This document shows, one piece after another, positions 44,786 to 55,691 of a stretch of DNA of 64,000 nt. The stretch spans positions 3,580-67,579 of the forward strand of contig CAJJCP010000003.1 in assembly GCA_905182715.1 (NCBI GenBank), given 5' to 3'. The stretch comes from an uncultured Candidatus Poseidoniales archaeon. Lineage in GTDB: Archaea; Thermoplasmatota; Poseidoniia; Poseidoniales; Poseidoniaceae. Within the stretch, counting starts at the first letter, position 1. Each line of letters opens with the position of its first letter. Under the pieces are notes generated by a model, which searched no databases, had not been told where the DNA came from, and worked only from the letters and a program-made list of their open reading frames with translations. The position numbers were made by a program, and so were the translations under genes.

Positions 44786-45556
44786 TTGGATGTGGCAACC
44801 GAACGTCTTTACCTCCAAAGTATCAAATCAGGATATTTCACTGAATTTAATGCCACAGTATCTTCCGTAGACGGGGATAAAATTTCACTTGACCGAACCT
44901 TGTTTTACCCTCTCGGGGGTGGACAAAATTGGGACCTTGGTACACTTGAAGGTCCAAACGGCCGCTTATCTGTTCACGAAGTTCGAGGACGGGGAGATAT
45001 TCTCCACACCCTTGACCCTGAACACCAACTTGAAGTTGGAGACGAAGTGAAGGGGTCAATCGATTGGCAAAGACGCCATGCACACATGCGAATGCACACC
45101 GCCCAACATCTTGTGTCAGGGGTTGTATACGAGGCGTTTAACGGTGCAAGAACTGTTGGCAACCAAATTCATGATGACCGGTCTCGGATTGATTTTAACC
45201 CCATTTCGTTTACCGATGAAATGCTTGAGGAAACCACCCGACAGGTGAACATACTCATTGATGCGGATCATGAAGTAACAGACTCGACCATGACACGCGA
45301 AGAAGTCAATTCCGAAATGCCGCCTGAACGGACAAACATGGACCTCTTACCATCATCCGTCAAAGAACTTCGAGTAGTAAAAATAGGCGATAATTTAGAT
45401 TTGTGTCCGTGTGCTGGAACCCACGTCCAACAACTTGGCGAGATAGGACACATCGCGATAACAGGGAAGAAATCAAAGGGGAAAGGGACCCAACGAATAA
45501 CCTATGAATTACATATTCCCGAAATAATTCCAACCCCACTTACCGAAAGAATTTGA
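44786..45556 (+). CDS. alaX: alanyl-tRNA editing protein AlaX (AlaX-M type)
   Basis: Zinc motifs HTAQHLVSG and CPCAGTHV. N-terminal FYPLGGGQ. Confidence 0.85.
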   Translation: MDVATERLYLQSIKSGYFTEFNATVSSVDGDKISLDRTLFYPLGGGQNWDLGTLEGPNGRLSVHEVRGRGDILHTLDPEHQLEVGDEVKGSIDWQRRHAHMRMHTAQHLVSGVVYEAFNGARTVGNQIHDDRSRIDFNPISFTDEMLEETTRQVNILIDADHEVTDSTMTREEVNSEMPPERTNMDLLPSSVKELRVVKIGDNLDLCPCAGTHVQQLGEIGHIAITGKKSKGKGTQRITYELHIPEIIPTPLTERI

Positions 45557-45625
45557 AATTAAAGAAGAGATATATGGGCCATCACTTTACCCATAAAAAA
45601 TTAATGCTATTTGGAAAACAAATAA

Positions 45626-46336
45626 TCAGTCTTCAATATTGTCGGGTTTTTCAGGACCGTCAAGTAAATCATCGACTTCAGCAAGAACACTTTTCCATTC
45701 CTTACGCTGTTTTTGGATTTCTTCAAAATTCTCTTTTACGGCCTGCTCTTTTTCCTTAACAGGTACTTTCTTTACATTCGCAGCAGCTTGAAGACGGTCA
45801 GTGAGGGCTAAATCTTCACCACTACGTTCACTCCTGTCAACCTGTTGAATTTGACGAGAAGGAATTGTCCTTGCACCGTAATCTGAATGGTCTTTTTCCC
45901 TAAACATCCCGAGCATTTCTCTTCTTTCATCTTCTGACGGGGCAGTATCTACCCATTGATTTTGATTCGCAACATCCCGAACGATATTTGCCTTTTTACG
46001 GTTTTTTTGCTGTTCAAATATGGCTTCTATATCTTCAACAGTTGGCTGTAGTACGGGTTCAGAAAGTCCCGCTGCAAGGTGCTGCTGTTCAATGAGAACC
46101 TCGCCATGCACTTCATCGTGATCGTATCGGTGAGGAGCTGCTGCCATCATTAACATCTCTTTTGCAAATTGCGTAAACGGGTCATCGTGCGATATGGCGG
46201 CAATTTGGTCGCGGATAGAGGTGTGGCGAGAAATACAACGTTTACATCGTGCCGATGCAGCGACATCGGCGGCATCACAACGCAGACAACAGGCTTGAAA
46301 ACCCATTTCTTTCATTGCACGCCTCGGCATCGACAT
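45626..46336 (-). CDS. hypothetical protein with N-terminal zinc ribbon and acidic charged tail
   Basis: CLRCD...CKRC near the preferred start (MSMPRR, 46336). The track start 46531 would overlap the divergent protease gene. Confidence 0.45.
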   Translation of the reverse strand: MSMPRRAMKEMGFQACCLRCDAADVAASARCKRCISRHTSIRDQIAAISHDDPFTQFAKEMLMMAAAPHRYDHDEVHGEVLIEQQHLAAGLSEPVLQPTVEDIEAIFEQQKNRKKANIVRDVANQNQWVDTAPSEDERREMLGMFREKDHSDYGARTIPSRQIQQVDRSERSGEDLALTDRLQAAANVKKVPVKEKEQAVKENFEEIQKQRKEWKSVLAEVDDLLDGPEKPDNIED

Positions 46337-46576
46337 GGTTGGCCCCCTTGATGTGCGGTGCGGCTGACCCATCAAACTTCGGATGCGAGGCTTCAAATCC
46401 AACGCCGAGAAACATTCGGCATGGCAGGAAGAGATTCTCGAGCAGACATACTCGCCGATGACCCCTTTCGAAATCAAAAACCCCGCGTCCATCGCGTCCA
46501 TGCTCGTCAATCTCAAGACGGAACCATTCATTTTGACACAGGGTCAAGTACGCGAGTTAATCCATTATTCGCACAA

Positions 46577-47353
46577 ATGATGGGGGTGTCGAAACAACAA
46601 CCTGCTCAAATGCACAAGGGGAAAATTTGGCATTTTAGCGACGAAGAAAAGAAACACCTCCGACTTGCAACAGCAGCCTTTACCGTAGCTTTGGGATTCA
46701 TGGCAGTTGGTGGGATCTGGGGTATCAAATCCCTCGGCCCTACTCTCTGGGTCATTCAACTTCTACTTTCGATGCCAGTCCTTCTCCTTGCTGTTGGGCC
46801 TGCTTTTCTCTTGCATGAAATTGGACATAAAATCGTAGCGAAGAAGAACGGTTGTTGGGCAGAGTTTCGAGCAGATCCAGGCGGCTTAAGGTTCGGGATA
46901 TTCCTTTCTTTTTTCATTGGAATCCTCTTCATGGCGCCAGGGGCAGTGATGGTTGCTGGACTTGTCACTCGTCGCCAAAACGGACACATAGCAATCGCAG
47001 GCCCACTCGTTAACTTTGGATTGTTCTTGATTGGAATTCCACTCTGGGGAATCATTCTCGGATTGACAGGTGCCTTTGATGCAGCCATGCCCGGAGCCGG
47101 TTATATCCTCGGTGGCCAACTTATTTGGCAAAATATGCTCATCGACGCTGGAGTTTATTGGATTGGAGCCAATTTAATTCTCGGTCTTTTCAACATGCTT
47201 CCCTTTGGACCACTCGATGGAAACAAGGTCAAAGATTGGAATGAAAACGCATTCTACATCACGATCTCTGTATTTGCACTCCTTGTCATCACTATGTTTT
47301 TAGGAACTTGGTCACCTACTACAGTCCTCAAATCCATCGCAAGTCTCTTTTGA
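46577..47353 (+). CDS. site-2 protease family (M50) membrane metalloprotease
   Basis: HEIGH in a TM helix and NMLPFGPLDG second motif. ATG 46577 preferred over track start 46358. Confidence 0.8.
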   Translation: MMGVSKQQPAQMHKGKIWHFSDEEKKHLRLATAAFTVALGFMAVGGIWGIKSLGPTLWVIQLLLSMPVLLLAVGPAFLLHEIGHKIVAKKNGCWAEFRADPGGLRFGIFLSFFIGILFMAPGAVMVAGLVTRRQNGHIAIAGPLVNFGLFLIGIPLWGIILGLTGAFDAAMPGAGYILGGQLIWQNMLIDAGVYWIGANLILGLFNMLPFGPLDGNKVKDWNENAFYITISVFALLVITMFLGTWSPTTVLKSIASLF

Positions 47354-47423
47354 GAGATACACAGTAAACGTTCACAACACGTTTTGCATATTTTTAAAAG
47401 TTTCTTCGAGCACAGTGTAACGT

Positions 47424-49148
47424 TCACAGATAAGCGTTGAGAACAGGCTTCTCATCCAAGTGGAAAAACGAATATGCTGCCCACCATGTGATAATATCAA
47501 GGCTATCAACGAGGTTCGAAACACCTGAATGTTCTTCACCGTAGTCTTTACCTGTCGTATCCATCCAAATTTCCATTTCCTCGAGTGTATCGCACGTCTG
47601 ATGGTAACACCAGTATCCATCGACAAGGCCGCCGAATCCAATCGTCACGGTGCCTAAGTTGTCTTGGAAACTTGCATGGTCTGAACGTGCAGTGACGTCT
47701 TCATACACAATAATTTCTGGTTTGCCTCTTTCGAGCCAGTCGTCAACCTTCCACGTATCTTCTCCAAAACCTTCACCGATGAGGACACTTTGTTGTTGTT
47801 CAACACCAATTGCATCAGCACCAATCCACAAGGTAAGCCCAACCATTTCCGGTTGATTGATAACATCATGATCGAGTGACGGGCCGAGATAAACACGCAT
47901 TGGCCAGACTTCCTCATCCTTCGGATAACCATCTGGATCAACGGTTGTTGCAGGATCTCCGTGTGGTGCACCGCCGCCACCAGGCCAGTTCACTCCAGCC
48001 ATATCGAGATTGATATAATTGGTAACGGTAACATCAGGATTGTCCTCTTTGACATAATAATCAGTCCAGTAATCACTTCCACGCTTCCCACCTTCTTCAC
48101 CTGACCAGAAACAGAACGCCATGGTCCGTCGAGTATCAAAATCGGACATTGCCCCAGCCACAGTGAGCACCATACTTGTTCCAGCAGAGTTGTCATAGGC
48201 TCCAACGCCAGTTCCATAGGTTCTGACACCGGTGACGTGAGGATCGGCCAGTAAGAGATTTGCTGGGGGGGCAACATCAAAGTGAGCTCCGAAAACCATC
48301 CATTCATTCGGAACTTCATTTCCATACCTAAACCCACAGATGTTGTATGATTCTGGGTTTTGGTTTCCAAACACATCAGTGAACTCATAGCGCTGGGTGA
48401 CAACCGTCAAGCCATACGATTCAAGTTCATCAATAAGATAGACTGCAGCATCTTCGTAAGCGGTGTTTGCTTGACCGGCCCAACGATTGAGGTACCCAAC
48501 AGCACCGTCTGCAAGATCCAGTGGGTTGGGGGTCTCATCTGTGAGATGGTGAAGATAATTGTACGTTGTGCGTCCATTCACCAGCCCGGTTGAATGCCGC
48601 CCACCTTCATCACTCGAATACGCAGGAGCCATGTCTCTCACTATCATGAGCGGATAAGCAACGGCCGGCCCACCTGAATCCAGGCTTGCATTCAAGCTAA
48701 CATTTTCACCAGCAAGGCGCTCAATAGCCCCGCCGTTTGCAGCAAGATGCCCATTGTCAGTATACCAGGTCGCCCACGATTCATTCGCATCCCTTATAGG
48801 CCAATTATCTCGGCCAAAAGAACCAACGAGGATGATGGCAGTGTCAGCGCGTGGTGGAGCGAGAACAGAGAGCTGAACGGACTGACCCGCCTCCAAATCA
48901 ACGACTGTCGAATTCATAACAAACCCAGATTCGGCATCTTTAATCAAGTAGGGGATAAAGGCGGAAAGAGACTTTTCTGCGGTAATTGTCACGCCCTGAA
49001 ATACACCAGCAGTCCATGTTTTTGGAGTGATATCAACATCGTCCTCAGTGATACCAACAGACTCATTTTCACCGAAACAACCTGACAAAGGAGCCAAAGC
49101 CATCAACAGAACAAGCGTCAATGCCTGCATTCCCTTTGCGCCGCCCAT
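47424..49148 (-). CDS. exported M28-family aminopeptidase, lipobox signal
   Basis: FGAHFDV, GAYDNSAGTS, FWSGEEGGKRGS, INLDMAG. Signal peptide LMALAPLSGCFGE. Confidence 0.8.
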   Translation of the reverse strand: MGGAKGMQALTLVLLMALAPLSGCFGENESVGITEDDVDITPKTWTAGVFQGVTITAEKSLSAFIPYLIKDAESGFVMNSTVVDLEAGQSVQLSVLAPPRADTAIILVGSFGRDNWPIRDANESWATWYTDNGHLAANGGAIERLAGENVSLNASLDSGGPAVAYPLMIVRDMAPAYSSDEGGRHSTGLVNGRTTYNYLHHLTDETPNPLDLADGAVGYLNRWAGQANTAYEDAAVYLIDELESYGLTVVTQRYEFTDVFGNQNPESYNICGFRYGNEVPNEWMVFGAHFDVAPPANLLLADPHVTGVRTYGTGVGAYDNSAGTSMVLTVAGAMSDFDTRRTMAFCFWSGEEGGKRGSDYWTDYYVKEDNPDVTVTNYINLDMAGVNWPGGGGAPHGDPATTVDPDGYPKDEEVWPMRVYLGPSLDHDVINQPEMVGLTLWIGADAIGVEQQQSVLIGEGFGEDTWKVDDWLERGKPEIIVYEDVTARSDHASFQDNLGTVTIGFGGLVDGYWCYHQTCDTLEEMEIWMDTTGKDYGEEHSGVSNLVDSLDIITWWAAYSFFHLDEKPVLNAYL

Positions 49149-49521
49149 GAATACGCCTCTCGCCTCGCCTTTCTCAAACCTGCGCTTGAATGTGAACTCT
49201 CATGAAGAAGTAAGGCCTACATATTCTAACAATTAAAACCGTCTAAAGAGGCTAAAACGCCCGAATGTAGATTTACTTTACGGTAAAGCGGAAAAAAGAC
49301 TGAAAACCATTGGAGAATGCCAATTGTTTGATATAGGTCATATGACAATAACCAAGTGATAACATGACTGCAAATGAAGAATACTCCTTTGATATCCTCT
49401 TTATCACTCGAGAATTAGGAGAAAAAACCACCAAAAATTCAATCCGAACAAAGTACCTTTGGGCAAACTACAGTGATCATTGATGATGGAGACGAACGCT
49501 GCCCCCTCATCGAAGGCTAAC

Positions 49522-50205
49522 TTATTCTGATTCTTGGGTCACTTCGATAGATTCGGGACCGTCCCGGTTTGCCCGATCGTTACGGATGCTAATGGCGAGC
49601 ATGAAAATCCCCAGTGCAGCAAACACCATGACGGCATAGAGGGTGTTTTCTGTTGTTATGAGGACTGTTCTACCTGTTCATCTTCACTCACTGCCTCGTC
49701 ACATCCAGCGCCGAAACAATCACCAATACTTGGTTGGCCTGGCTCTTCATGAATATCCTGGTGAACAATAACGGAATGATTCCATACATCAGTTGTTGAA
49801 TTGTTAACAACTCGTTCGACTTGATAGGCATATGTCCCTGCAGAGGAGTTTCCAAAAACAATGCATGCGATACTGCACATGATTCATCTTCCAATGTGCC
49901 GTTTTCATCAAGTGTACATGAACGAGTTAACCATACAGACATATTATCACCGTCACCCCCAAAAACCCCATCTTGATTGAGGTCAATTCGAATTTGCATT
50001 GATGCATTTTCTGTAGAGTCTCGCATACGGAACACGATTCCATTCCCTTCAACAAATGCTGTATCGGTAACGTTCCCAGGTCGAATTTCATCACTCAACA
50101 AGAATAACATTGAGCGTTTCTTGTTCGTGCGCTGATGCCGAAGGCACTAAGGAAAAACAGAGTAAAGAAAACAACGAGCACCTTCAACCAGCGACTCCGC
50201 CCCAT
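49522..50205 (-). pseudogene. small exported protein with C-terminal TM anchor, spread over four frame segments as sequenced
   Basis: Signal peptide MGRSRWLKVLVVFFTLFFLSAFGISA (ATG 50205). Then ORF 49688..50110, ORF 49656..49880, then TLYAVMVFAALGIFMLAISIRNDR... to TAA 49522-49524. Frame classes 0>1>2>0, total 684 nt (3n). Confidence 0.5.
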
Positions 50206-50263
50206 ACTTTCCCCTTCACAACCTTACATAAAGACAAAACGGAAGAGTGTACCGTCGAGGATT

Positions 50264-52072
50264 ATGGGAGCGAAGGAAGTAGGCCTCGGCATTTTCATTG
50301 TCGCGCTTCTTGGCTCAGCTAGCATCCTTACCTTCGGCCTTTCTTCTTCATCTGAAGAGTCCGCTAAAACAATGGAAAATTCGGAAGATCCGTTGTTCCA
50401 AGGCGAAGGCCACGACCACTCAAACGCATCACAGCATATTGCTGGAACCGATAATATGGAACTCCTGGATTATAATTCTCTCACAACAACAGGAAATGCG
50501 GAGGTGCAAGTAGCCACAACGCCCGATGGCGATACCTACGCCTATCTCGCAGGCTGGAACGACATGCACATCGTCGATGTTACCGATCCAAACAACACGA
50601 CAGTGACGGGTGTTTACAACGATCCAAACACACAAGTTCTCGATGTCAAATATCTCGAATACAACGGCCGGGAATACATTCTTCAACAAAACCAACTCAT
50701 CGACCCGGGCAATTCCGACCCCAACATTGGTGAATGGAGCGACCCCGCACAAGTTTCTGTCAACCTTATCGACGTTACCGATAAGACCAATCCAACTTGG
50801 ATTGATTCTTGGTATGATGTGGACCACCCAAGCGGTCCACACAATATTTACACGCAAATGATCGATGGTGAATGGTACGTATTTATTGCTAATCCTGAGT
50901 ATGAAGAATGCAATGATGCAATCGGAGAGGCTTGCGGCGGCGTTACAATCGCACACCTCAATCTCGACGGTTCAGCATCCCGGAACCTACCCGGGGTTCC
51001 AGCATCCGGAATTGGCCACACCATCATCAAAGTCGGCGAATATGAAGTTGCATGGGAGGCAACGAACGGTGGCTGGATTTACATCCACGATATGACGGTT
51101 CAACTTTGGCCTGGCGAAGACCCGAACGACCCACGTTACGGTCACACCTTCATTTACGGAAGTTATTGGGAAGCAGGTTTGAGAATCGCCGATGTGACCA
51201 ATGTACCCCATCCAGTGAACTCTCCAGAAGAATATACTCTTCATGCCACATTGTGTAAAACAGGTGTTGGCAACCCACTCCAATGCCGATGGCGAGCCGA
51301 AGAAGTAGGTCAATGGATGGAGTTCCTCGATTTGGATGAAGACGGCAATCCAGATAGCGGAACAAATGGCAATGTAAACGGAGGCCGCGTCTCCTACATC
51401 CATTATGCTGAACCCTTCCCGACGATGGTTGATTTATCTCACGTCGGCTATTCTGATGAACCCGTTCACTTTGTCACAGCCGCAGTCGAAGTTCTCTCAA
51501 CAAACGTGGGAACAGGCATCATCTATCTCATCGATACAACAGATTACACCATGACTGATGGTCAGTTTAAATTCCAACCTAAATTAATCCGAGATTGGGA
51601 GATTCCGTGGGCAAGTGACCACTGTTATGGAGCAGATTGCGAAGCCTATCCGGATGCCGATGAATGGTTGTTATTCTCACCACACAATTTGGACAGCGCC
51701 TATTTTGAAACAAACGAAACGACCGACCAAAGCCATGGAGGGGGCTGGGATGGCCGCCTCTACATCTCTCATTACCACGCAGGTTTGTGGGTCATTGACG
51801 TTGAAACTTTGGTTGCACCGACCAATCCTGACGATCGAATCGCAACCCACTTCGAGGCAACAGTAGGGTGGTATTTACCTCACGGAGAAGATGGAACTCC
51901 ACTGGATTCGAGCTTCTATGATTTCGGTTGGGTGCCTTTCCTTTGGGCCGTTGAACATCATAACGGCATTACCTATGCTTCTTGTATTTCGACAGGACTG
52001 TACATCGTTCAACTCGAAACTGACATCGCCTATCTTGGGCAATTGAGTTTGAGGTATTATAATGAACAGTAA
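50264..52072 (+). CDS. exported LVIVD-repeat beta-propeller protein
   Basis: N-terminal TM/signal GLGIFIVALLGSASILTF. Repeated motifs HIVDVTDPNN, NLIDVTDKTNP, GLRIADVTNVPHP, GLWVIDVETL, GLYIVQLE. ATG 50264 preferred over 50135. Confidence 0.65.
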   Translation: MGAKEVGLGIFIVALLGSASILTFGLSSSSEESAKTMENSEDPLFQGEGHDHSNASQHIAGTDNMELLDYNSLTTTGNAEVQVATTPDGDTYAYLAGWNDMHIVDVTDPNNTTVTGVYNDPNTQVLDVKYLEYNGREYILQQNQLIDPGNSDPNIGEWSDPAQVSVNLIDVTDKTNPTWIDSWYDVDHPSGPHNIYTQMIDGEWYVFIANPEYEECNDAIGEACGGVTIAHLNLDGSASRNLPGVPASGIGHTIIKVGEYEVAWEATNGGWIYIHDMTVQLWPGEDPNDPRYGHTFIYGSYWEAGLRIADVTNVPHPVNSPEEYTLHATLCKTGVGNPLQCRWRAEEVGQWMEFLDLDEDGNPDSGTNGNVNGGRVSYIHYAEPFPTMVDLSHVGYSDEPVHFVTAAVEVLSTNVGTGIIYLIDTTDYTMTDGQFKFQPKLIRDWEIPWASDHCYGADCEAYPDADEWLLFSPHNLDSAYFETNETTDQSHGGGWDGRLYISHYHAGLWVIDVETLVAPTNPDDRIATHFEATVGWYLPHGEDGTPLDSSFYDFGWVPFLWAVEHHNGITYASCISTGLYIVQLETDIAYLGQLSLRYYNEQ

Positions 52073-52724
52073 AGTTGCTATGGCCGCCCTCCTTTCACTC
52101 ACACTCCTTTCTGCAGGATGCACTGGTGTTGAAAGTACCGCTCCTTTTCTCTACGGCGAAGACATCAATCCATCAATAGCGGTTGAAGATTTTACACTCG
52201 TCGATAGCACGGGTCAAGAATGGAACTACCATAACCAAACCGACGGCAAGGTCGTCGTCATTGCCTTTTTGTTCACGAATTGCATTGATATTTGCCCCAT
52301 TGTTACCGAAAACCTCCGCTGGGTTCACAGTCAATTGAGTGAGGAAGAACACAACCAAACTCAATTTTTGACCATCACGGTTGACCCGTGGAGAGACGAT
52401 ACAACAGCCCTCGCAGAATGGACGCAATACAGAAACGCTTCATGGCCACACGTTACCGCCAATTCTACTGAAGAAAGCTCGCCGATGTTCCAAACCATTC
52501 AGTCGGTTTGGGCAAACTTTGCCGTAGGGTTGGCCATTGAAGAAATTACAGAGAATGAAACCAACACCTCGGCAAGGCATCACCCAGATGCTTACAGCGT
52601 TAATCATTCAACGGGCACAGTTCTTGTTGACTCAAATGGAATGCAGCGGATTTGGTGGGGCGATAACGACTGGTTGATCGATTTGGTCTTGGCCGATATC
52701 CGAACGCTTCTCGAAGACGCTTAA
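52062..52724 (+). CDS. SCO1/SenC family copper chaperone (thioredoxin fold), lipobox signal
   Basis: CxxxC motif FTNCIDICP, TVDPWRD, conserved His in NHSTGTVLVD. Signal LLSAGCTG. Start overlaps the upstream gene by 11 nt. Confidence 0.8.
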   Translation: MNSKVAMAALLSLTLLSAGCTGVESTAPFLYGEDINPSIAVEDFTLVDSTGQEWNYHNQTDGKVVVIAFLFTNCIDICPIVTENLRWVHSQLSEEEHNQTQFLTITVDPWRDDTTALAEWTQYRNASWPHVTANSTEESSPMFQTIQSVWANFAVGLAIEEITENETNTSARHHPDAYSVNHSTGTVLVDSNGMQRIWWGDNDWLIDLVLADIRTLLEDA

Positions 52725-52843
52725 ACATAAACCAAATCTCTCCGGTGAAGCAAACTTTACCACTTACAATTATTGGATATTTTTTAGTGGAATGTAATTC
52801 TTAAAACGGTTCGAAACATAATTTTGATCAAAAATTAAAGTTT

Positions 52844-54799
52844 CTACGAATCAGTTCTCACCATCCAAACAGCCCAATTGGTTTCGAGATGTTCACTCCT
52901 CGAAATAGATATACAGCTTTCACTGGAGTCGCAAAGTAAATTTTGAGGAGTTTGTGAAAGAACACCAAACACTTCTGCTAACACAAGCTTCGAATCAGTC
53001 TCGTATATTTTGGAGATCGCTGTACTCTCTAATAGATTAAAATTAGAACCACTCTCTAACCAAATAAAATCTGCATAATGCTCCCCGCTACCGTTAATTT
53101 CAATGGTACTGTTTCGCCACCAATCAGACTGTTCAAGTCGAGCAGAATTAACTTCCCAAAGCCTCCCAGTGTAATCATTGGATGAAAATACTTTCACAGG
53201 TTCAATTGGAGAGCCGAACAAGAAGGTACTGTTGACGTCAATATCGTAACGGTATTGACTGTCTTGGGTGAATACATGACTGCCATCGAATTTGTTAATC
53301 GCCTGCAGCATCGGAAATTCTGGAGTTTCATAACGAAAGCAAGGCGTTTGGGAATGAAGGCCCATTGTGATATCTATCCCAGTAACGATTGTGGGTTGTT
53401 CATCAAATTCCAAACCAACTTCTCTGTAAATTTCAGACCAGTCGCTTCTTACATCATATAGGATTTTAGAACGCGGTTCCATTTCATCGATGACCTGAAT
53501 GATCGGATGGACAGATGTTAATATCAAGATGCTGATCAGAACAGACGGTATTCTCCATCGCCGAATCCGTTCACTAAATTCATCTTTTGAATGTACTATA
53601 GCTGCTGGAACACCTATGCAAAGAAGAGCTAACCAGGGAGTCGAATAACGCGGCCAGCCGAAATCGAGAATGTACCCGTGTAATATTAACGCAGGAAAAA
53701 TTAAGACCCAATAATTAAAAATAAATTCTTTTTCTCTTTTTGTAATTAAGGCAGTACCGTATAGAGCAATACACAGGAGAAGAACCGACCATTGTTCAAC
53801 ATAGTCTGTTAAGAAAACATTCGGCGTGTAGATGGCGCTGTTGGTTGCTATTGTACCAGTGCTGGCGACGGTACCTGAAATCTGTGACTGTAAAGGGCCG
53901 AGGATCCATCCAGTATGTAATTGGTTTTTCAATAAGAACAACCCGATGATTATGAAATAACCAATGGCGATATACCTGCTTTGTTCAGTTTTCTTTTTAA
54001 GAAGATATACGATAACTATCCATCCACCCAAGTAAAGATAAGGATATTTTGTCAATCCAATTATCGCTGCCAATAAACCGAGTAATACTAATTTGTAGCG
54101 CTCAGCCTCTGTGGTTAACTCAAGGTGATGAAAAACCGAAACAATCATCCCTGCGACAGCGATGTCGAGTAGCATTGTCCTACCATACATAATTGTAACT
54201 GGGAAGGTGCAAAACACGGCTCCGGCAATGAATCCATATTTCCAGTCGCTGAAATGCTCCGCGAGGTGTTGTATGGACCATGCCGACGAAACAAGGATGA
54301 GTGTTGGTACAACAAATACGGTCGCAGTTTGTCCCGTAAACCAGAGTTCTACCGCAGCAATTCCAGGAATGATTTCTGGTCTGAAGGAGTAACTCATGCC
54401 TTGATGTGTTGGCTGCCAATCCCACCGGTCTAGGATTCGATTCGAAATTTGTAAATGGTATGCTTGGTCGTAAAAGGCAGGCACGAGGTGATAATAAGTC
54501 AGAAAAGCAGTGCCCCAAATGATGCTTGGAAGTATAAGGAACCTGATATCTTTCCACTCGAACCGAAGATTCTTCATACTGAAAAACCAATACATAACCA
54601 ATGCTGACGTTGCCATGATGAGGACGAATGGAGGCAACCAAAAACTTGCCCCGAGCGACATTATTGCTCCAATGAGCATCAAAACAGGCAACAATTGCAT
54701 GGTTATTTGATGCCCAAGGCTCACATCATTACCCATGCATTTGGTTGGAAAGCCTTCCGTCTTTTTACCGCTTCTCTTAATTTCTATCCATGCCGCCAA
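52844..54799 (-). CDS. large polytopic membrane protein, GT-C-like glycosyltransferase candidate
   Basis: 651 aa: ~13 TM helices, then a ~220-aa soluble C-terminal domain. This architecture resembles ArnT/PMT-type GT-C enzymes. No diagnostic motif confirmed. Confidence 0.35.
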   Translation of the reverse strand: MAAWIEIKRSGKKTEGFPTKCMGNDVSLGHQITMQLLPVLMLIGAIMSLGASFWLPPFVLIMATSALVMYWFFSMKNLRFEWKDIRFLILPSIIWGTAFLTYYHLVPAFYDQAYHLQISNRILDRWDWQPTHQGMSYSFRPEIIPGIAAVELWFTGQTATVFVVPTLILVSSAWSIQHLAEHFSDWKYGFIAGAVFCTFPVTIMYGRTMLLDIAVAGMIVSVFHHLELTTEAERYKLVLLGLLAAIIGLTKYPYLYLGGWIVIVYLLKKKTEQSRYIAIGYFIIIGLFLLKNQLHTGWILGPLQSQISGTVASTGTIATNSAIYTPNVFLTDYVEQWSVLLLCIALYGTALITKREKEFIFNYWVLIFPALILHGYILDFGWPRYSTPWLALLCIGVPAAIVHSKDEFSERIRRWRIPSVLISILILTSVHPIIQVIDEMEPRSKILYDVRSDWSEIYREVGLEFDEQPTIVTGIDITMGLHSQTPCFRYETPEFPMLQAINKFDGSHVFTQDSQYRYDIDVNSTFLFGSPIEPVKVFSSNDYTGRLWEVNSARLEQSDWWRNSTIEINGSGEHYADFIWLESGSNFNLLESTAISKIYETDSKLVLAEVFGVLSQTPQNLLCDSSESCISISRSEHLETNWAVWMVRTDS

Positions 54800-54827
54800 T
54801 TCTTAAACTAACTACAGTTGGGAACTT

Positions 54828-55691
54828 TTGTTCACAATGAGGTCTATGTCGAGTGAAGAAACTGAAGAGGCCATAGACGAAGTTTTAGCCTGGTCTAGTA
54901 TTTTCAACCATCACATGACAATTGAGGGTGTGTTGCGGAATTTGCGTGTGAAATCTTCGATTAACGCCCTTCTTCAAGCGATTGAGAAATCGCCTCACTT
55001 GAGTATAGTAAATGATGTAGTCCTTTCAGAGAAATATACGATTAACTCAAACTTCAAGCATTCCCAAGAAATTGCAAAAGAACACCTTGACGAAACCAAA
55101 TCTGTTCTATCAATCCTCTCCTCCTGCACTCAAATTACAGGTCTTGCAATTACAGGATCTGTTGCAGCAGGCATGAATGCAGAAGACGGTGATGTTGATG
55201 TTTTGATAATCACTAAACCCGGGTGGGTATGGAGAGTGAGAGCTCTAGCAATTTATCTTGCACACAAACATCCCAATGGGGGCTTACTTTGCCCCAACAT
55301 GGTCATGTCGCAAGATTCATTAGAATTTGAAAAAAGTATTTACGGTGCTAGGGAGATGATGCAAATCATTCCAATTAAGGACTCAAATGGAATCAGTGAA
55401 CTATATTCCAAGAATACATGGGTGAACAAGGTTTTGCCAAATGCCAGTAAAAAGAAATTACTCGACCTCCCCCAGAAAAGAGATTATCCACGGTGGTGGA
55501 AGATAATGAAGATACCAATCCTTGGTTCGATCATTGAAAATTGGGAATCTTCAAGGCGGATTAAAGAATTGAATGCTTCATCAAAGTCCAAGGAAGCTGT
55601 TTATTCTAAATCTGTATGCAGGGGCCACGAGAATTCTCACAAAACTCGGATTGAATCGGAATATAATAGCGCCCTTGAGGCGATATCATGA
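54828..55691 (+). CDS. nucleotidyltransferase (Pol-beta superfamily) domain protein
   Basis: ITGSVAAGMNAEDGDVDVLII matches the GS-x(n)-DxD NTase motif. An ATG at 54837 is an alternative start. Confidence 0.5.
   Translation: MFTMRSMSSEETEEAIDEVLAWSSIFNHHMTIEGVLRNLRVKSSINALLQAIEKSPHLSIVNDVVLSEKYTINSNFKHSQEIAKEHLDETKSVLSILSSCTQITGLAITGSVAAGMNAEDGDVDVLIITKPGWVWRVRALAIYLAHKHPNGGLLCPNMVMSQDSLEFEKSIYGAREMMQIIPIKDSNGISELYSKNTWVNKVLPNASKKKLLDLPQKRDYPRWWKIMKIPILGSIIENWESSRRIKELNASSKSKEAVYSKSVCRGHENSHKTRIESEYNSALEAIS

Noticed and set aside
49149-49530. 380-nt spacer after the M28 peptidase as a possible RNA gene
   Set aside because: I saw no recognisable tRNA, rRNA or SRP-like stems or conserved boxes by eye. 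Part of it is explained by the C-terminal anchor segment of the fragmented gene that ends at 49522.
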